From positions 1-64,000 of the forward strand of contig JBBRLQ010000032.1 of NCBI GenBank assembly GCA_038231275.1: a stretch of 64,000 bases of DNA, written 5' to 3'. Shown piece after piece: positions 49,572-59,045 of the stretch; positions within the stretch are counted from its first letter, which is position 1; each line of letters opens with the position of its first letter. The DNA is from Polyangiales bacterium. Lineage in GTDB: Bacteria; Myxococcota_A; Polyangia; Polyangiales; Polyangiaceae. The notes under the pieces were generated by a model, which saw only the letters and a list, made by a program, of their open reading frames with translations, ran no database searches and was not told where the DNA came from. Position numbers and translations under genes: made by a program.

Positions 49572-49610
49572 GCTGCTCGAATTGCGCAACGGTCGCGCAA
49601 TTCGAGCAGC
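49572..49610. repeat. Perfect 16-bp inverted repeat (hairpin)
   Basis: GCTGCTCGAATTGCGC-AACGGTC-GCGCAATTCGAGCAGC immediately after the stop codon; no U-tract. Confidence 0.75.
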
Positions 49611-49638
49611 CCCCCGCGAAAATTCCGAGAAATCGCGG

Positions 49639-49654
49639 TGGACGCGATTTTGCA
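49639..49654 (+). promoter_or_regulatory. Putative sigma54 promoter
   Basis: TGGACGCGATTTTGCA fits GG-N10-GC, upstream of ATG 49667. Confidence 0.45.
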
Positions 49655-49666
49655 ATCGAGGGCGTC

Positions 49667-50181
49667 ATGCTCTCTCTCGCGGTCGTCGGACGGACGGCCA
49701 TCTTCTCCTCGCAGCTCCCCGTCGGTCGTCCGGTCTGCCTCGGCCGCGGCGAGCAGTGCGACATTCGGATCGATGACCGCCGCGTCTCACGGGCCCACGC
49801 ATGCGTCGTGCAGCGCGGCGATCGCGTCGAGACGTCGACATAGGGAGCGCCAACGGAACGTTCCGCGACGGGACCCGTCTCCCTCCGGGTGAAGCGATCC
49901 AGCTCGTCGTGGGCGACACCGTCACCCTCGGCGCGACGATCCTCATCCTGGAGGAGGCGCACGAGCCGCTCCGCTCGATTTGGAGCGAGGAGGAGCTCGT
50001 CACCCACTACGACGGACTGCGTCGCGCCGCGCAGGATACCGGTTGGCCGTTCGCGCTCGTCCACCTCTCGATCGACGCGCCCGAGGCATGGAGCTCCGAC
50101 GCGACGCCGCGAAGCAGCGAGGATCTCGTTCGGGCGCGCAGGGCCTTCGGCCGGGCGATCAGCCGCCGGGCTTCAACATGA
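49667..50181 (+). pseudogene. Frameshifted, truncated FHA-domain gene
   Basis: MLSLAVVG...LGRGEQCDIRIDDRRVSRAHA...ETST* continues in another frame as DIGSANGTFRDG...GDTVTLG; shift near 49830. Confidence 0.7.
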
Positions 50182-51973
50182 GCGCGCGGACGTGCCGCAG
50201 CGAGGGTGACCCGAAGCCGAGGAGCTTGTCGTGGTACGCGCGCTCGGTGAATCCCGGCGATTTCTCGAGCTGCGCGCGCAGCTTCGCGAGCTCCGTGAAG
50301 CCGTAGAAGTAGGTCGTCAGCTGCCCGCTCGTGAGGCGCGCGCGCCGCCACTTGCCGACCGCCTCGCCCTCCTCTTGGTAGGCCTCGTCGGTCATCAGCG
50401 CGAGGGCCTCCTTCTCCGTCATCTTGCCGGCGTGGATGTCGTGGTCGAGGATCGCGTTCGCGCACAGGCGCAGCATCATCTTCTGACGTTGGATCCGCAC
50501 GCGGGGGCCGCCGAAGCCGTACTTGGCCATGAGCCATTCCGCGTACACCGCCCAGCCTTCCACGAACGGACCGCTCGCGAAGAGCGCGCGCAGATCGCTC
50601 TTGCTCTTGTTCGCGTGCATCGCCTGAAGGTAGTGGCCGGGCATCGCCTCGTGGACCGTGAGGTCGGCGAGCATGCTGCTGTTGTATTCGCGGTAGAAGG
50701 ACAGCGCGCGCTTCTCGCTCCAATCGCGCGGCGTCGGCGAGATCGCGTAGACCGACCACGCCTTTTGCTCCAAGGGCCCACTCGAATCGCAGTACGCGAC
50801 GGTCACGCCGCGGCGGTACTCCGGCATCTCGATGACCTGACAGGGCTCTTCGGGCAGGCGGACGAGATCATGCTCGCGGACGAACGCGGTGGCGCGATCG
50901 AGCTCGGTCTTCGCGTCTTTGAGGATCGTCTTGTTGGTGGGGCGATCGGCGGCGAGAGCGTCGAGCACGGCACGAATTAGCTTCTTTTTCCCCTCGGTCG
51001 TGGTCGGGCGCGGCGCCGTCGACTTCAGCACGGTGGGCGAAAGCTCCATCGCCGTGTCGATCATCTCCTCCTGCGTCCGCGCCAGCGCCTCGCGCGCCGT
51101 CTTGGCGAGGTCGTCGATGGCGACGTCGTCGTCGAGCTCGAAGCGCATCGTCGTCGTAAGGAGATCGCGGCCCACGCGGAAATCGCCGTCGCTCCGCGGC
51201 AGCAAATCCTTCTCGAGGAACGTCTGGAAGTCACGGAGCGCCGCCGCCGCCGTCTTCGCCGCGGCCTCGAGCTCCGCCTTCAGTGCCGGCTCCTTCGCCA
51301 CGTCCTCCGCCAGCCCCTTCTCACACGTCTCGATGAGCCCCTTGTTCTGCTGGATGGCCGTCTCGGTGTGCACGCGCGGCGCGTGCGCGAGGCGCTTCTT
51401 CGCGACCTGGACGATCGCCGGGATCCCTGCGAGGCGAGCACGCAAGCTCCGCATCCGGACATCGTGCGGCGCGAAGTCGCGCGTGAGGAGGACGTCGAGC
51501 CCGTCGCCGACGAGCCCGGTATAAAAGAGCGGGTTCTTGTCGGCGGGACGAAGCTCCGTCAGCGTGAACTTCGCGTAGTCGAGCTGGTGCTCGAGGATCC
51601 GTGCGTCGATGCGGTCCTTGTCGTCGAGGCGATCTTTGGCGAGGCGCGCGAGCTCGGCGCGGGTCGCGTCGTAGAAGGCGAGCGCCTCGGCGTCGCCCGC
51701 GGCGCTGACGTCCGGCCACGCGCCGTCGTACGCATGGTTGCCCGCGTTCGTGGCGAGGGTCGGCGCGCGCTTCAGGTAGCCCTCGAGGAACCGCGCGGCG
51801 ATCGGCGCGAACGGGCTCTCGGCGGTGGACGACGCGGCGCTGGCGTCGGGAAGCGCGGCAAGAGGGGTAGACGCGGTCGGCGCGACGCTGGGGACGGCCA
51901 CCGGCGGCGGAGCGGACGGCGAGCAGGCGAGGAGAACAGAGGCGATCGCGAGGCCAGCGGTGCGGAAGCGCAT
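50159..51973 (-). CDS. DUF885 family lipoprotein
   Basis: LLAC lipobox; HEAMPGHYLQ, FVEGWAVY, QLTTYFYG. Confidence 0.9.
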   Translation of the reverse strand: MRFRTAGLAIASVLLACSPSAPPPVAVPSVAPTASTPLAALPDASAASSTAESPFAPIAARFLEGYLKRAPTLATNAGNHAYDGAWPDVSAAGDAEALAFYDATRAELARLAKDRLDDKDRIDARILEHQLDYAKFTLTELRPADKNPLFYTGLVGDGLDVLLTRDFAPHDVRMRSLRARLAGIPAIVQVAKKRLAHAPRVHTETAIQQNKGLIETCEKGLAEDVAKEPALKAELEAAAKTAAAALRDFQTFLEKDLLPRSDGDFRVGRDLLTTTMRFELDDDVAIDDLAKTAREALARTQEEMIDTAMELSPTVLKSTAPRPTTTEGKKKLIRAVLDALAADRPTNKTILKDAKTELDRATAFVREHDLVRLPEEPCQVIEMPEYRRGVTVAYCDSSGPLEQKAWSVYAISPTPRDWSEKRALSFYREYNSSMLADLTVHEAMPGHYLQAMHANKSKSDLRALFASGPFVEGWAVYAEWLMAKYGFGGPRVRIQRQKMMLRLCANAILDHDIHAGKMTEKEALALMTDEAYQEEGEAVGKWRRARLTSGQLTTYFYGFTELAKLRAQLEKSPGFTERAYHDKLLGFGSPSLRHVRALMLKPGG

Positions 51974-52045
51974 GCCGCTCTCTACCATCGGCGTCCGCCG
52001 CGTTCGAGCGGTGATCGCGACGTCCGCGGCGTTCGCGGACGTCGA

Positions 52046-53251
52046 TTACTTCTTTGCGGGGATCGCGACGTCGCCCGGGTGCCCGCCGGCGACGAACGCG
52101 CGGCCGGCGCCGTCGCCGCGCAGCTCGCCCATGAAGAACGCGGCGGCGTACGAGGCAGCGACGCCGCGCGCGCCCTCGTTGTCGAGGTAGTTGACGTCAG
52201 ACGAGGGGTCCGTCTGCCGTCGTCCGCGGCCGCAGCCGGGCGTGAAGGACGGATTCAATCCGCAGACGTCGGAGAAGCTCCAGTGCCCGGCGTCGACGAT
52301 CTCGACCAAGAAGTCCGCGGCGCCGATCGACGTGAAGTCGTTGCGCACCAGCGCGTTGCCGATCTCGCCGATCGAGTTGTCCTCGCGCGCGAGCAGGAAG
52401 AACGTGGGCACCTTGATGTCGGCGAGCTTGGTGTCGCCGAGGAAATCGAACGGCGCGGTCATCGCGAAACCAGCGCGAAAACGGCCGTCTTTCGCGAGGA
52501 CAGCGCCGGTGGTCACGCTCCCGAAGGAGTGCCCCATCATGCCCACCTTCGCGCCGTCGAAGCGCCCGCGCAGGCTCTCCGGCACGCTCGTCGACGCGGC
52601 GTCGAGGACCGCGTCGAGGACGAAGCGCACGTCGCCGACGCGGACGCCGAGGGTCGTCGCGTCGAGGCCGAGCAGCTTGCCGGCGAGGTCGTCGTAGAGC
52701 GTGTTGCCGGTGTGATCGGGCGCGACGACGACGAAGCCGTGGCTGGCGAGGCGCTCGGCGATCTCCGCGGCGGAGAAGCGGACGCACGCGTGGCAGTGAG
52801 AGAAGACGACCACCGGGAACGGCGCAGCGCCGGCCGGCTTCGCGTCCGCGGCCGAGTGAACGACCTTGCGCGTGCAGGTGACCGGGGCGGCGTCGACCAG
52901 CTTCTTCAGCGCGTCGTGGTTCGCTCCCGCCGGCTCCAGATCTTCGAGCGGCGTCCCCATCGTCGCCGCCGCGCGGGCGGATTCGTCGGCCGGGTACCAG
53001 ACCTCGACGCGCAGCGAACGGGCGCGCGCGGCGTCGGTGAGCGCGAACGCGGTGTGCCCGACGGGGGCGGGGCCGGCGCTCTCGTAGATCGACGCGCCCG
53101 GGGTCACGGTCTTGGCGGGCGCGATCGCGTCGGCGTCGTCGCCGCCTGCCCCAGCGTCGGTCGTCGCCCCGCCGCTCGACGACGACGTGCTGCATGACAG
53201 CATCATCGCGACCGCGAGCACGACCGCCGCCGCACCAAGAGCGCGCGCCAT
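52046..53251 (-). CDS. Alpha/beta-hydrolase lipoprotein (PAF-acetylhydrolase/chlorophyllase-like)
   Basis: VEVWYPA, PVVVFSH, LASHGFVVVAPDH, GHSFG, AGHWSFSD; MLSC lipobox. Confidence 0.88.
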   Translation of the reverse strand: MARALGAAAVVLAVAMMLSCSTSSSSGGATTDAGAGGDDADAIAPAKTVTPGASIYESAGPAPVGHTAFALTDAARARSLRVEVWYPADESARAAATMGTPLEDLEPAGANHDALKKLVDAAPVTCTRKVVHSAADAKPAGAAPFPVVVFSHCHACVRFSAAEIAERLASHGFVVVAPDHTGNTLYDDLAGKLLGLDATTLGVRVGDVRFVLDAVLDAASTSVPESLRGRFDGAKVGMMGHSFGSVTTGAVLAKDGRFRAGFAMTAPFDFLGDTKLADIKVPTFFLLAREDNSIGEIGNALVRNDFTSIGAADFLVEIVDAGHWSFSDVCGLNPSFTPGCGRGRRQTDPSSDVNYLDNEGARGVAASYAAAFFMGELRGDGAGRAFVAGGHPGDVAIPAKK

Positions 53252-53311
53252 TGCTGGGCACTCTACATTGCCCCATTGGCCGCGGGGAAGCCTGCAGGCT
53301 ACACTTTGTCG

Positions 53312-53494
53312 ATGAGCGCTCGGAACCTCGCCGATCCCGCGTACGAGCCTTCCGATGAAGATTTGGCGGAGCTGATGCACAAGGCGTTCGCCGAGGTGGG
53401 CGCACGGAACGCGGCGTCGCTCGCCAAGCTCCGGGTGGAGATTGAGGCGGCGCGCGCGGAGGCGCTACGGGTGTGGGCCAAGGCGCACCCGTGA
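53312..53494 (+). CDS. Small helical protein, candidate antitoxin
   Basis: 60 aa; GTGA overlap with the downstream P-loop gene; TACACT 6 nt upstream of the ATG. Confidence 0.65.
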   Translation: MSARNLADPAYEPSDEDLAELMHKAFAEVGARNAASLAKLRVEIEAARAEALRVWAKAHP

Positions 53495-54114
53495 AACCGA
53501 CGCTGCTCGTCGTGGCCGGTCCAAACGGCTCCGGCAAGACCACGGTGACGGTTCGGTTGCGGCAGGATTGCTGGAGCGACGACGTCGAGTACCTGAACCC
53601 CGACGAGATCGCGCAGGAGCGCTTCGGGGACTGGAACTCACCCCAAGCCGTGCTCTCCGCGGCGAGATGGGCGGAGGAACGACGCGAAGCGTTGCTCGCG
53701 GCGGGTCGCGGGATCGCGTTCGAGACGGTTCTCTCCGCGCCGGACAAGTTGGAGTTCATCGCGCGCGCAAGGGCGCTCGGCTACTTCGTTCGCGTGTTCT
53801 TCATCGGAACGGAGGACCCTCGGATCAACGCCGCGCGCGTCGCGGGTCGCGTGATCGCCGGTGGTCACACGGTGCCGATCGAGAAGATCGTGAGCCGCTA
53901 TGGTCGGTCGATGGCGAACGCGTCCATCGCGATCCGAATATCCGACCGCGTGTACCTGTTCGACAACTCGATTGACGGCGCCGACGCGGTGTTGTGTGCG
54001 CGCACCGAAGACGGACTGGTTCGAAGGGTCTACGCCCCGCTGCCAGCGTGGGTGTCCGCGGCATTGCACGGGATCCCCCGGCATTCCCGCTTCGTCGACC
54101 TTCGCAGCGCCTGA
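53491..54114 (+). CDS. Zeta-toxin family P-loop kinase
   Basis: VVAGPNGSGKTT, LNPDEIA, AFETVLS, RVAGRV.AGGH.VP.EKI..RY, FDNS. Confidence 0.88.
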   Translation: MKPTLLVVAGPNGSGKTTVTVRLRQDCWSDDVEYLNPDEIAQERFGDWNSPQAVLSAARWAEERREALLAAGRGIAFETVLSAPDKLEFIARARALGYFVRVFFIGTEDPRINAARVAGRVIAGGHTVPIEKIVSRYGRSMANASIAIRISDRVYLFDNSIDGADAVLCARTEDGLVRRVYAPLPAWVSAALHGIPRHSRFVDLRSA

Positions 54115-54134
54115 CGCCGCACGACTGAGCGTGG

Positions 54135-55235
54135 TCAGCGCGGCTCCAACAGCCGCGCCAGGGTCGGCGCGTAAAAGCCCCAGAAGAATCCCTCGTCGCC
54201 CGTGCTCCCGCCCCCGCATCCGGTCGTTCGCTGCTTGGTTGCGATCACCCCGGCGCGCTCCGGGCTGCCGAGGTCGATCGCGTTGTCGACGAAGTCCCCG
54301 GCGAAGTAGTAGGTGCCCGCGTTCTTCACCAGCGCTGGGAACCGGCGGGGGATGCCATGCGCGGCGAGCTTGGCCGCGCCCCGCTCGGTGACGCCGAGAA
54401 CGTGATCCACCAGGACCTCACCCCCTTGGACCTCGACGATGTCCATCCAGAACCAGAAGGCGCCGCGCTCGGGAAGGCCCAGCGCGGCCCCCGCGGGGGT
54501 GCGAACCTGCGCAACGACCTCGGCGGTCAGGTCTTCGGGGCGGAGGACCACCATGTCCACGTCGTCGCGCACGAACACGAGCCCCGGACCGGTGAAGGCG
54601 AACGGCGCGCCTGTCACCCGCTCGAAGACCCGGCCGACCCAGCGCGGCACCTCGTCGGGGTCCTCGAGGCTGGGCCAATAGCGCGCGACCCATTTGGTCC
54701 AGCGCACGCCGAAGAGCTTCTGCAGTCGCGCGCGGGCGTCGTCGCCGGTGGGTGAGGCGAACGTGTTGAACTCGGCGAAGACGAGGCCGCCTCTCGCCAC
54801 GAACCCCTCGATCGCGGCCGCCTCGTCTACGCTCATGCCCCCATAGATCTTGGGCGACCGCTCCAGGGCGGCGATGTCGCCGCGCCGTTCGTAGTCGCCG
54901 ACGTAGACGCCGTACGTGTCGGTGACGAACAGGACGTCGGCGCGCGCGAGGCGAGCAGCCGTCAGGTCGAGCCCCTTCTTCGTTTCTGGATCGAAGCCGA
55001 CGTAGTCGCGCGCGGGGTCCAGGAAGTCGCCGCGCGGCGTTCGGATGCTCAGCGCGTGCAAGATCCACGGGATCGCCGCGTGCTCGCGGTAGTTCCGAAA
55101 TGGCACCGTCTTGTCTACGATGACGACGTCGAGCGTGCGTGAAGTCGTGAGCCGCCAGGCGACGTGAGGACCGAAGAGCACGAGCAGCACGGCCGCGAGG
55201 GCGACCCCGATCTTGGCCCAACGCGCGCGCGGCAT
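54135..55235 (-). CDS. Hypothetical membrane-anchored protein
   Basis: N-terminal TM; VDKTVP..YREH, DTYGVY, AEFNTFASPT, YYFAGDF. Confidence 0.8.
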   Translation of the reverse strand: MPRARWAKIGVALAAVLLVLFGPHVAWRLTTSRTLDVVIVDKTVPFRNYREHAAIPWILHALSIRTPRGDFLDPARDYVGFDPETKKGLDLTAARLARADVLFVTDTYGVYVGDYERRGDIAALERSPKIYGGMSVDEAAAIEGFVARGGLVFAEFNTFASPTGDDARARLQKLFGVRWTKWVARYWPSLEDPDEVPRWVGRVFERVTGAPFAFTGPGLVFVRDDVDMVVLRPEDLTAEVVAQVRTPAGAALGLPERGAFWFWMDIVEVQGGEVLVDHVLGVTERGAAKLAAHGIPRRFPALVKNAGTYYFAGDFVDNAIDLGSPERAGVIATKQRTTGCGGGSTGDEGFFWGFYAPTLARLLEPR

Positions 55236-55463
55236 TCACGCGGAGCGTAGGAGGCTCCGCTGCCCGGGTACATGGCGTCGTCCCGGTGTCGTCTGTCGCC
55301 GTCGCTGGCCCGACCACAGCATGTGGGTGTATTTCCTACTTGTGTCCCCCCTCTAGCGGTGCGATGTCGCGACCCGCGCAGGTGTTCGGTCGCCAGGGGG
55401 CGGAGCCGCCGCGTTGCGCGTGGACTCTTCATCCGCCTCGAGTAGGTTGCTTCGAGGGAGAAA

Positions 55464-55496
55464 CCACGGGTGTGCGCGAAAGCGGCACACCCGTGG
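55464..55496 (+). promoter_or_regulatory. GAAA-capped hairpin between an SD-like sequence and the start codon
   Basis: GGGAG-AAA-[CCACGGGTGTGC-GC-GAAA-GC-G-GCACACCCGTGG]-CTGGAAC-GTG. Confidence 0.6.
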
Positions 55497-55503
55497 CTGG
55501 AAC

Positions 55504-56949
55504 GTGCAATCTACACACTTCGACGTCCTGATCGTAGGCGCCGGTCTCTCCGGCATCGGCGCCGCGTACCACCTCCAGACGAAGTGCCCGGGCAAGTCGT
55601 ACGCGATCCTCGAGGGGCGCGAGAGCCTGGGGGGCACGTGGGATTTGTTCCGCTACCCGGGCATCCGCTCCGACTCGGACATGTACACGCTCGGCTACTC
55701 GTTCCGCCCGTGGACCGACGCCAGGGCGATCGCCGACGGTCCCTCCATCCTCGCGTACGTGAAGGACACGGCGGAGGCGTTCGGCATCGATCGCAAGATC
55801 CGCTACCGCCACCGCGTCGTGCGCGCGTCGTGGTCCTCGTCGGACGCGCTGTGGACGGTCGAGGCGAACGTGGGCGACGAGCACGCGCGCTTCACCTGCC
55901 GCTTCCTCTTCATGTGCGCGGGGTACTACGACTACGACGCCGGCTACACGCCGGACTTCCCGGGCATGGACCGCTATCGCGGACGCGTCGTTCATCCACA
56001 GAAATGGACCAAAGACGTCGACTACGAGGGCAAGCGCGTGGTCGTCATCGGCAGCGGCGCCACCGCGGTCACCCTCGTCCCCGAGCTCGCCAAGCGCGCC
56101 GCGCACGTCACGATGCTCCAGCGCTCGCCGTCGTACGTCGTCACCGTCCCTGAGCGCGACGCTATCGCGAACTGGATGCGCGCCAAGCTCCCCTCCAGCG
56201 CCGCGTACGCCGGCGCGCGCTGGAAGAACGTGCTCCTCGGCATGGCCTTCTACGCGTACTGCCGCCGGTTCCCCAAGCACGCCAAGCGCCTCGTCGTCGG
56301 CGGGGTGAAGAAGGCGCTGCGCGGGAGCAGCGACGCGGCTCACTTCACACCTTCCTACAAACCGTGGGACCAGCGCCTCTGCTTCGTGCCCGACGGAGAT
56401 CTCTTCGAGGCGCTGCGAAACGGAAGCGCCTCGGTCGTGACGGACCACATCGCGTCGTTCACCGAGACGGGCCTGCGCCTGCGATCGGGCGAGGAGCTCC
56501 CCGCGGATCTCGTCGTGACGGCGACCGGGTTGCAGCTGAAATTCCTTGGAGGAATGGAGCTCGAGGTCGACGGCGCGCGCGTCGATCCGTCCACGCTGAT
56601 GACCTACAAGGGGATCATGTGCAGCGACGTGCCGAACATGGCCTTCGCCATCGGCTACACGAACGCGTCGTGGACGCTGAAGTGCGATCTCACGAGCGAG
56701 TACGTCTGCCGGCTCCTTCGTCACATGGACGCGCGCGGCTACCGTGAGGTGTGCCCGCGCCGGAACGATCCGAGCGTGACGGAGGAGCCGCTCCTCGATT
56801 TTTCGTCGGGCTACGTGCTGCGCGCGCTCGTGCGGCTGCCGAAGCAGGGGTCGGTGCCCCCGTGGAAGCTCTACCAAAATTACGCCGTCGATCGCTTTCT
56901 CCTTCGGCACGCGAAGATCGAAGACCGCGCGTTGGAGTTCCGCGCGTAG
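55504..56949 (+). CDS. Flavin-containing Baeyer-Villiger monooxygenase (EthA-like)
   Basis: GAGLSG, GGTWDLFRYPGIRSDS, YRGRVVHPQKW, GSGATA, TATG. Confidence 0.93.
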   Translation: MQSTHFDVLIVGAGLSGIGAAYHLQTKCPGKSYAILEGRESLGGTWDLFRYPGIRSDSDMYTLGYSFRPWTDARAIADGPSILAYVKDTAEAFGIDRKIRYRHRVVRASWSSSDALWTVEANVGDEHARFTCRFLFMCAGYYDYDAGYTPDFPGMDRYRGRVVHPQKWTKDVDYEGKRVVVIGSGATAVTLVPELAKRAAHVTMLQRSPSYVVTVPERDAIANWMRAKLPSSAAYAGARWKNVLLGMAFYAYCRRFPKHAKRLVVGGVKKALRGSSDAAHFTPSYKPWDQRLCFVPDGDLFEALRNGSASVVTDHIASFTETGLRLRSGEELPADLVVTATGLQLKFLGGMELEVDGARVDPSTLMTYKGIMCSDVPNMAFAIGYTNASWTLKCDLTSEYVCRLLRHMDARGYREVCPRRNDPSVTEEPLLDFSSGYVLRALVRLPKQGSVPPWKLYQNYAVDRFLLRHAKIEDRALEFRA

Positions 56950-57093
56950 CCGGATCGAGCGCGGCCTCCGCATCATGTGTGGCGGCGATGCGGAATCGTA
57001 CGCAGGGATCGTGGCACTTTGCGCCGCGATCGAGACGGCCCAGGGCATGCACTGGTCATGCGTAGCCGCGAAACTCGCCGCACAAAGGACCCC

Positions 57094-58143
57094 ATGACCG
57101 CTCGAACGTCCCATGCCTCGCTCCGGTCGCTTGCTCTCCCCGCGCTGACCGCGCTCGCCGTTCTTCCCTTCGCGTGCGCCGAGACGCCGGTGGACGGCGC
57201 GGGAACGACGCGCGCGGGTCTCGGCGAGAGCGCGCCGTCGCTCGGCGTGGCCGCGACCTTCGCCGTCCTCGCGGGCACCACGGTGACGAACACCGGTCCC
57301 ACGAACGTCGGCGGTGACCTCGGCGTCCAGCCGGGCCTCGCGATCACCGGATTTCCGCCGGGGATCGTGAGCGGCGGGACGGTGCACGCCGGCGACGCGG
57401 TCGCCCTCCAGGCGCAGAGCGACGTGACCACCGCGTACGGCGTCCTCGCGGGCGAGCCGTGCAGCGCCGATCTGACGGGCACCGATCTCGGCGGGCTCAC
57501 GCTGGTGCCGGGCGTCTACTGCTTCACATCGTCGGCGCAGCTCACCGGCACGCTCGTCCTCGACGCGCAGGGCCGCGCCGACGCGGTCTTCGTCTTCAAG
57601 ACCGCCAGCACCCTCACGACGGCGAGCGCCGCGGCCGTCCGCGTCATCAACGGCGGGAACGACTGCGGCGTCTACTGGCAGGTCGGCAGCTCCGCGGTCC
57701 TCGGCACGGGCACGGCGTTCGCGGGGAGCATCCTCGCGCTGACGAGCATCAGCCTCGCGACGGGCGCCAACATCTCCGGACGCGCGCTCGCACGCAACGG
57801 CGCCGTCACGATGGATTCGAACGCCGTCTCCCCGTCGCGCTGCGCCGCAGCTCCCGTCGATGCTGGCGTCGACGCTGCACCGGCCGACGCAGGAGCCGAC
57901 GCGCGCGATTCTGCCGTCGCCGACACCGGCGTGATCGACACCGGTGTGATCGACGCGGGCCCCGACGTGATCGACGCGGGCCCCGACGTGGTCGACTCCG
58001 CGGCCGACGCCGCCGACGCGTGCTGCAACGGCACAACGTGCGGGAGCGCGTGCGTCGATCTCGCCACCGACTGCAACAACTGCGGCGCGTGCGGCGTCGT
58101 CTGCGCGGGAAACGCGACGTGTGTCGCGGGAACCTGCCACTGA
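57094..58143 (+). CDS. DUF3494 ice-binding-like lipoprotein with C-terminal Cys-rich module
   Basis: FAVLAGTTVTNTG, DLGGLTLVPGVY, VFVFK, VYWQVGSSA.LGTGT.F.GSILALTSISL.TGA; PFAC lipobox; CVDLATDCNNCGACG. Confidence 0.9.
   Translation: MTARTSHASLRSLALPALTALAVLPFACAETPVDGAGTTRAGLGESAPSLGVAATFAVLAGTTVTNTGPTNVGGDLGVQPGLAITGFPPGIVSGGTVHAGDAVALQAQSDVTTAYGVLAGEPCSADLTGTDLGGLTLVPGVYCFTSSAQLTGTLVLDAQGRADAVFVFKTASTLTTASAAAVRVINGGNDCGVYWQVGSSAVLGTGTAFAGSILALTSISLATGANISGRALARNGAVTMDSNAVSPSRCAAAPVDAGVDAAPADAGADARDSAVADTGVIDTGVIDAGPDVIDAGPDVVDSAADAADACCNGTTCGSACVDLATDCNNCGACGVVCAGNATCVAGTCH
57922..57996 (+). repeat. Coding tandem repeats in the linker (DTGVI x2, DAGPDV x2)
   Basis: GACACCGG(C/T)GTGATC x2 followed by GACGCGGGCCCCGACGTG x2. 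Confidence 0.7.
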
Positions 58144-58174
58144 TCTGAGATCTGAGGGAGGCCGCCGGCGGCGA

Positions 58175-58951
58175 CTACGCGGCCGGTGGCACGCAGATTC
58201 CTGCCTGCGGGTAGCACACCTTGTCCACGCAATAGTGTCCCCCACAGTCGGCGTCGGAGGCGCATGGCTTGGGACCGCACGTGTGGCTCGCGCCGCATGC
58301 GTAGTCGCCGGTGGTCGTGCTCGAGCACTCGCCGTCGCCCGTGCACGGCTTGGCCACGCAATGCCCCGCGGTGCACGCGAGGTTGGGCCCGCAGTCGTTC
58401 GCGCTGACGCACGCAGGGATGCACGAGCCGCTCTTGCCACCGGCCGGGCAGACGCACGGGCCTCCGGGGCCGCACACCATCGGCTTGGGGGGCGCCGCAC
58501 CGTCGAGGGTGAGGCACTCGCTGTCGGTGCTGCACGGGTTCTGCGGGGCGATGCAGATGCCGCAGCCGCTGATCCGTCCCCCGGGGCTGCAGCTCAAAAA
58601 CGATCCGCCGCTCGCGCTCGCGCATTCGGACTCGGAGCTACAGACGATGGCGCCATCGGCGAGGCGCCGTGAGCCGTCCCGCGCGCCCGAATCTGTGATG
58701 CACGGGGGACCCATCGGCGTGATCGCCCACGTGCCGGTCTCGCATTGAACTCCGCTGTTGCAGCCGTAGAAGCATCGGAGCCCCTCGGAGGCGCAGCGGG
58801 TGCCCAGCGCTGGAACCGACGTCGGGCAATCGGGGGGGTTGGCGGCGTCCCCGCCTGCATCGGAGCCGAAGACGACGGCCGATCCACCGCTGCACGCGGC
58901 GACGAGCAGCCCTACCCACACCAGCATCCCTCCCAGCGCGATTGGACGCAT
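58175..58951 (-). CDS. Cys-rich repeat lipoprotein
   Basis: VAAC lipobox; repeated CxxDxEC/CxxDxDC units. Confidence 0.8.
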   Translation of the reverse strand: MRPIALGGMLVWVGLLVAACSGGSAVVFGSDAGGDAANPPDCPTSVPALGTRCASEGLRCFYGCNSGVQCETGTWAITPMGPPCITDSGARDGSRRLADGAIVCSSESECASASGGSFLSCSPGGRISGCGICIAPQNPCSTDSECLTLDGAAPPKPMVCGPGGPCVCPAGGKSGSCIPACVSANDCGPNLACTAGHCVAKPCTGDGECSSTTTGDYACGASHTCGPKPCASDADCGGHYCVDKVCYPQAGICVPPAA

Positions 58952-59045
58952 CGTCACCCTCCGCGGCTCGTTGAGCAATTCCGATGCCTCTCCCTCGACC
59001 GCTCGGAGTTGCCTGGATTTCCGCGGGGATCGCACGGGTGACAAG

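Noticed and set aside
57036..57051. GG-N10-GC motif upstream of the DUF3494 gene
   Set aside because: Weak match to the sigma54 consensus; this spacing arises often by chance in GC-rich DNA
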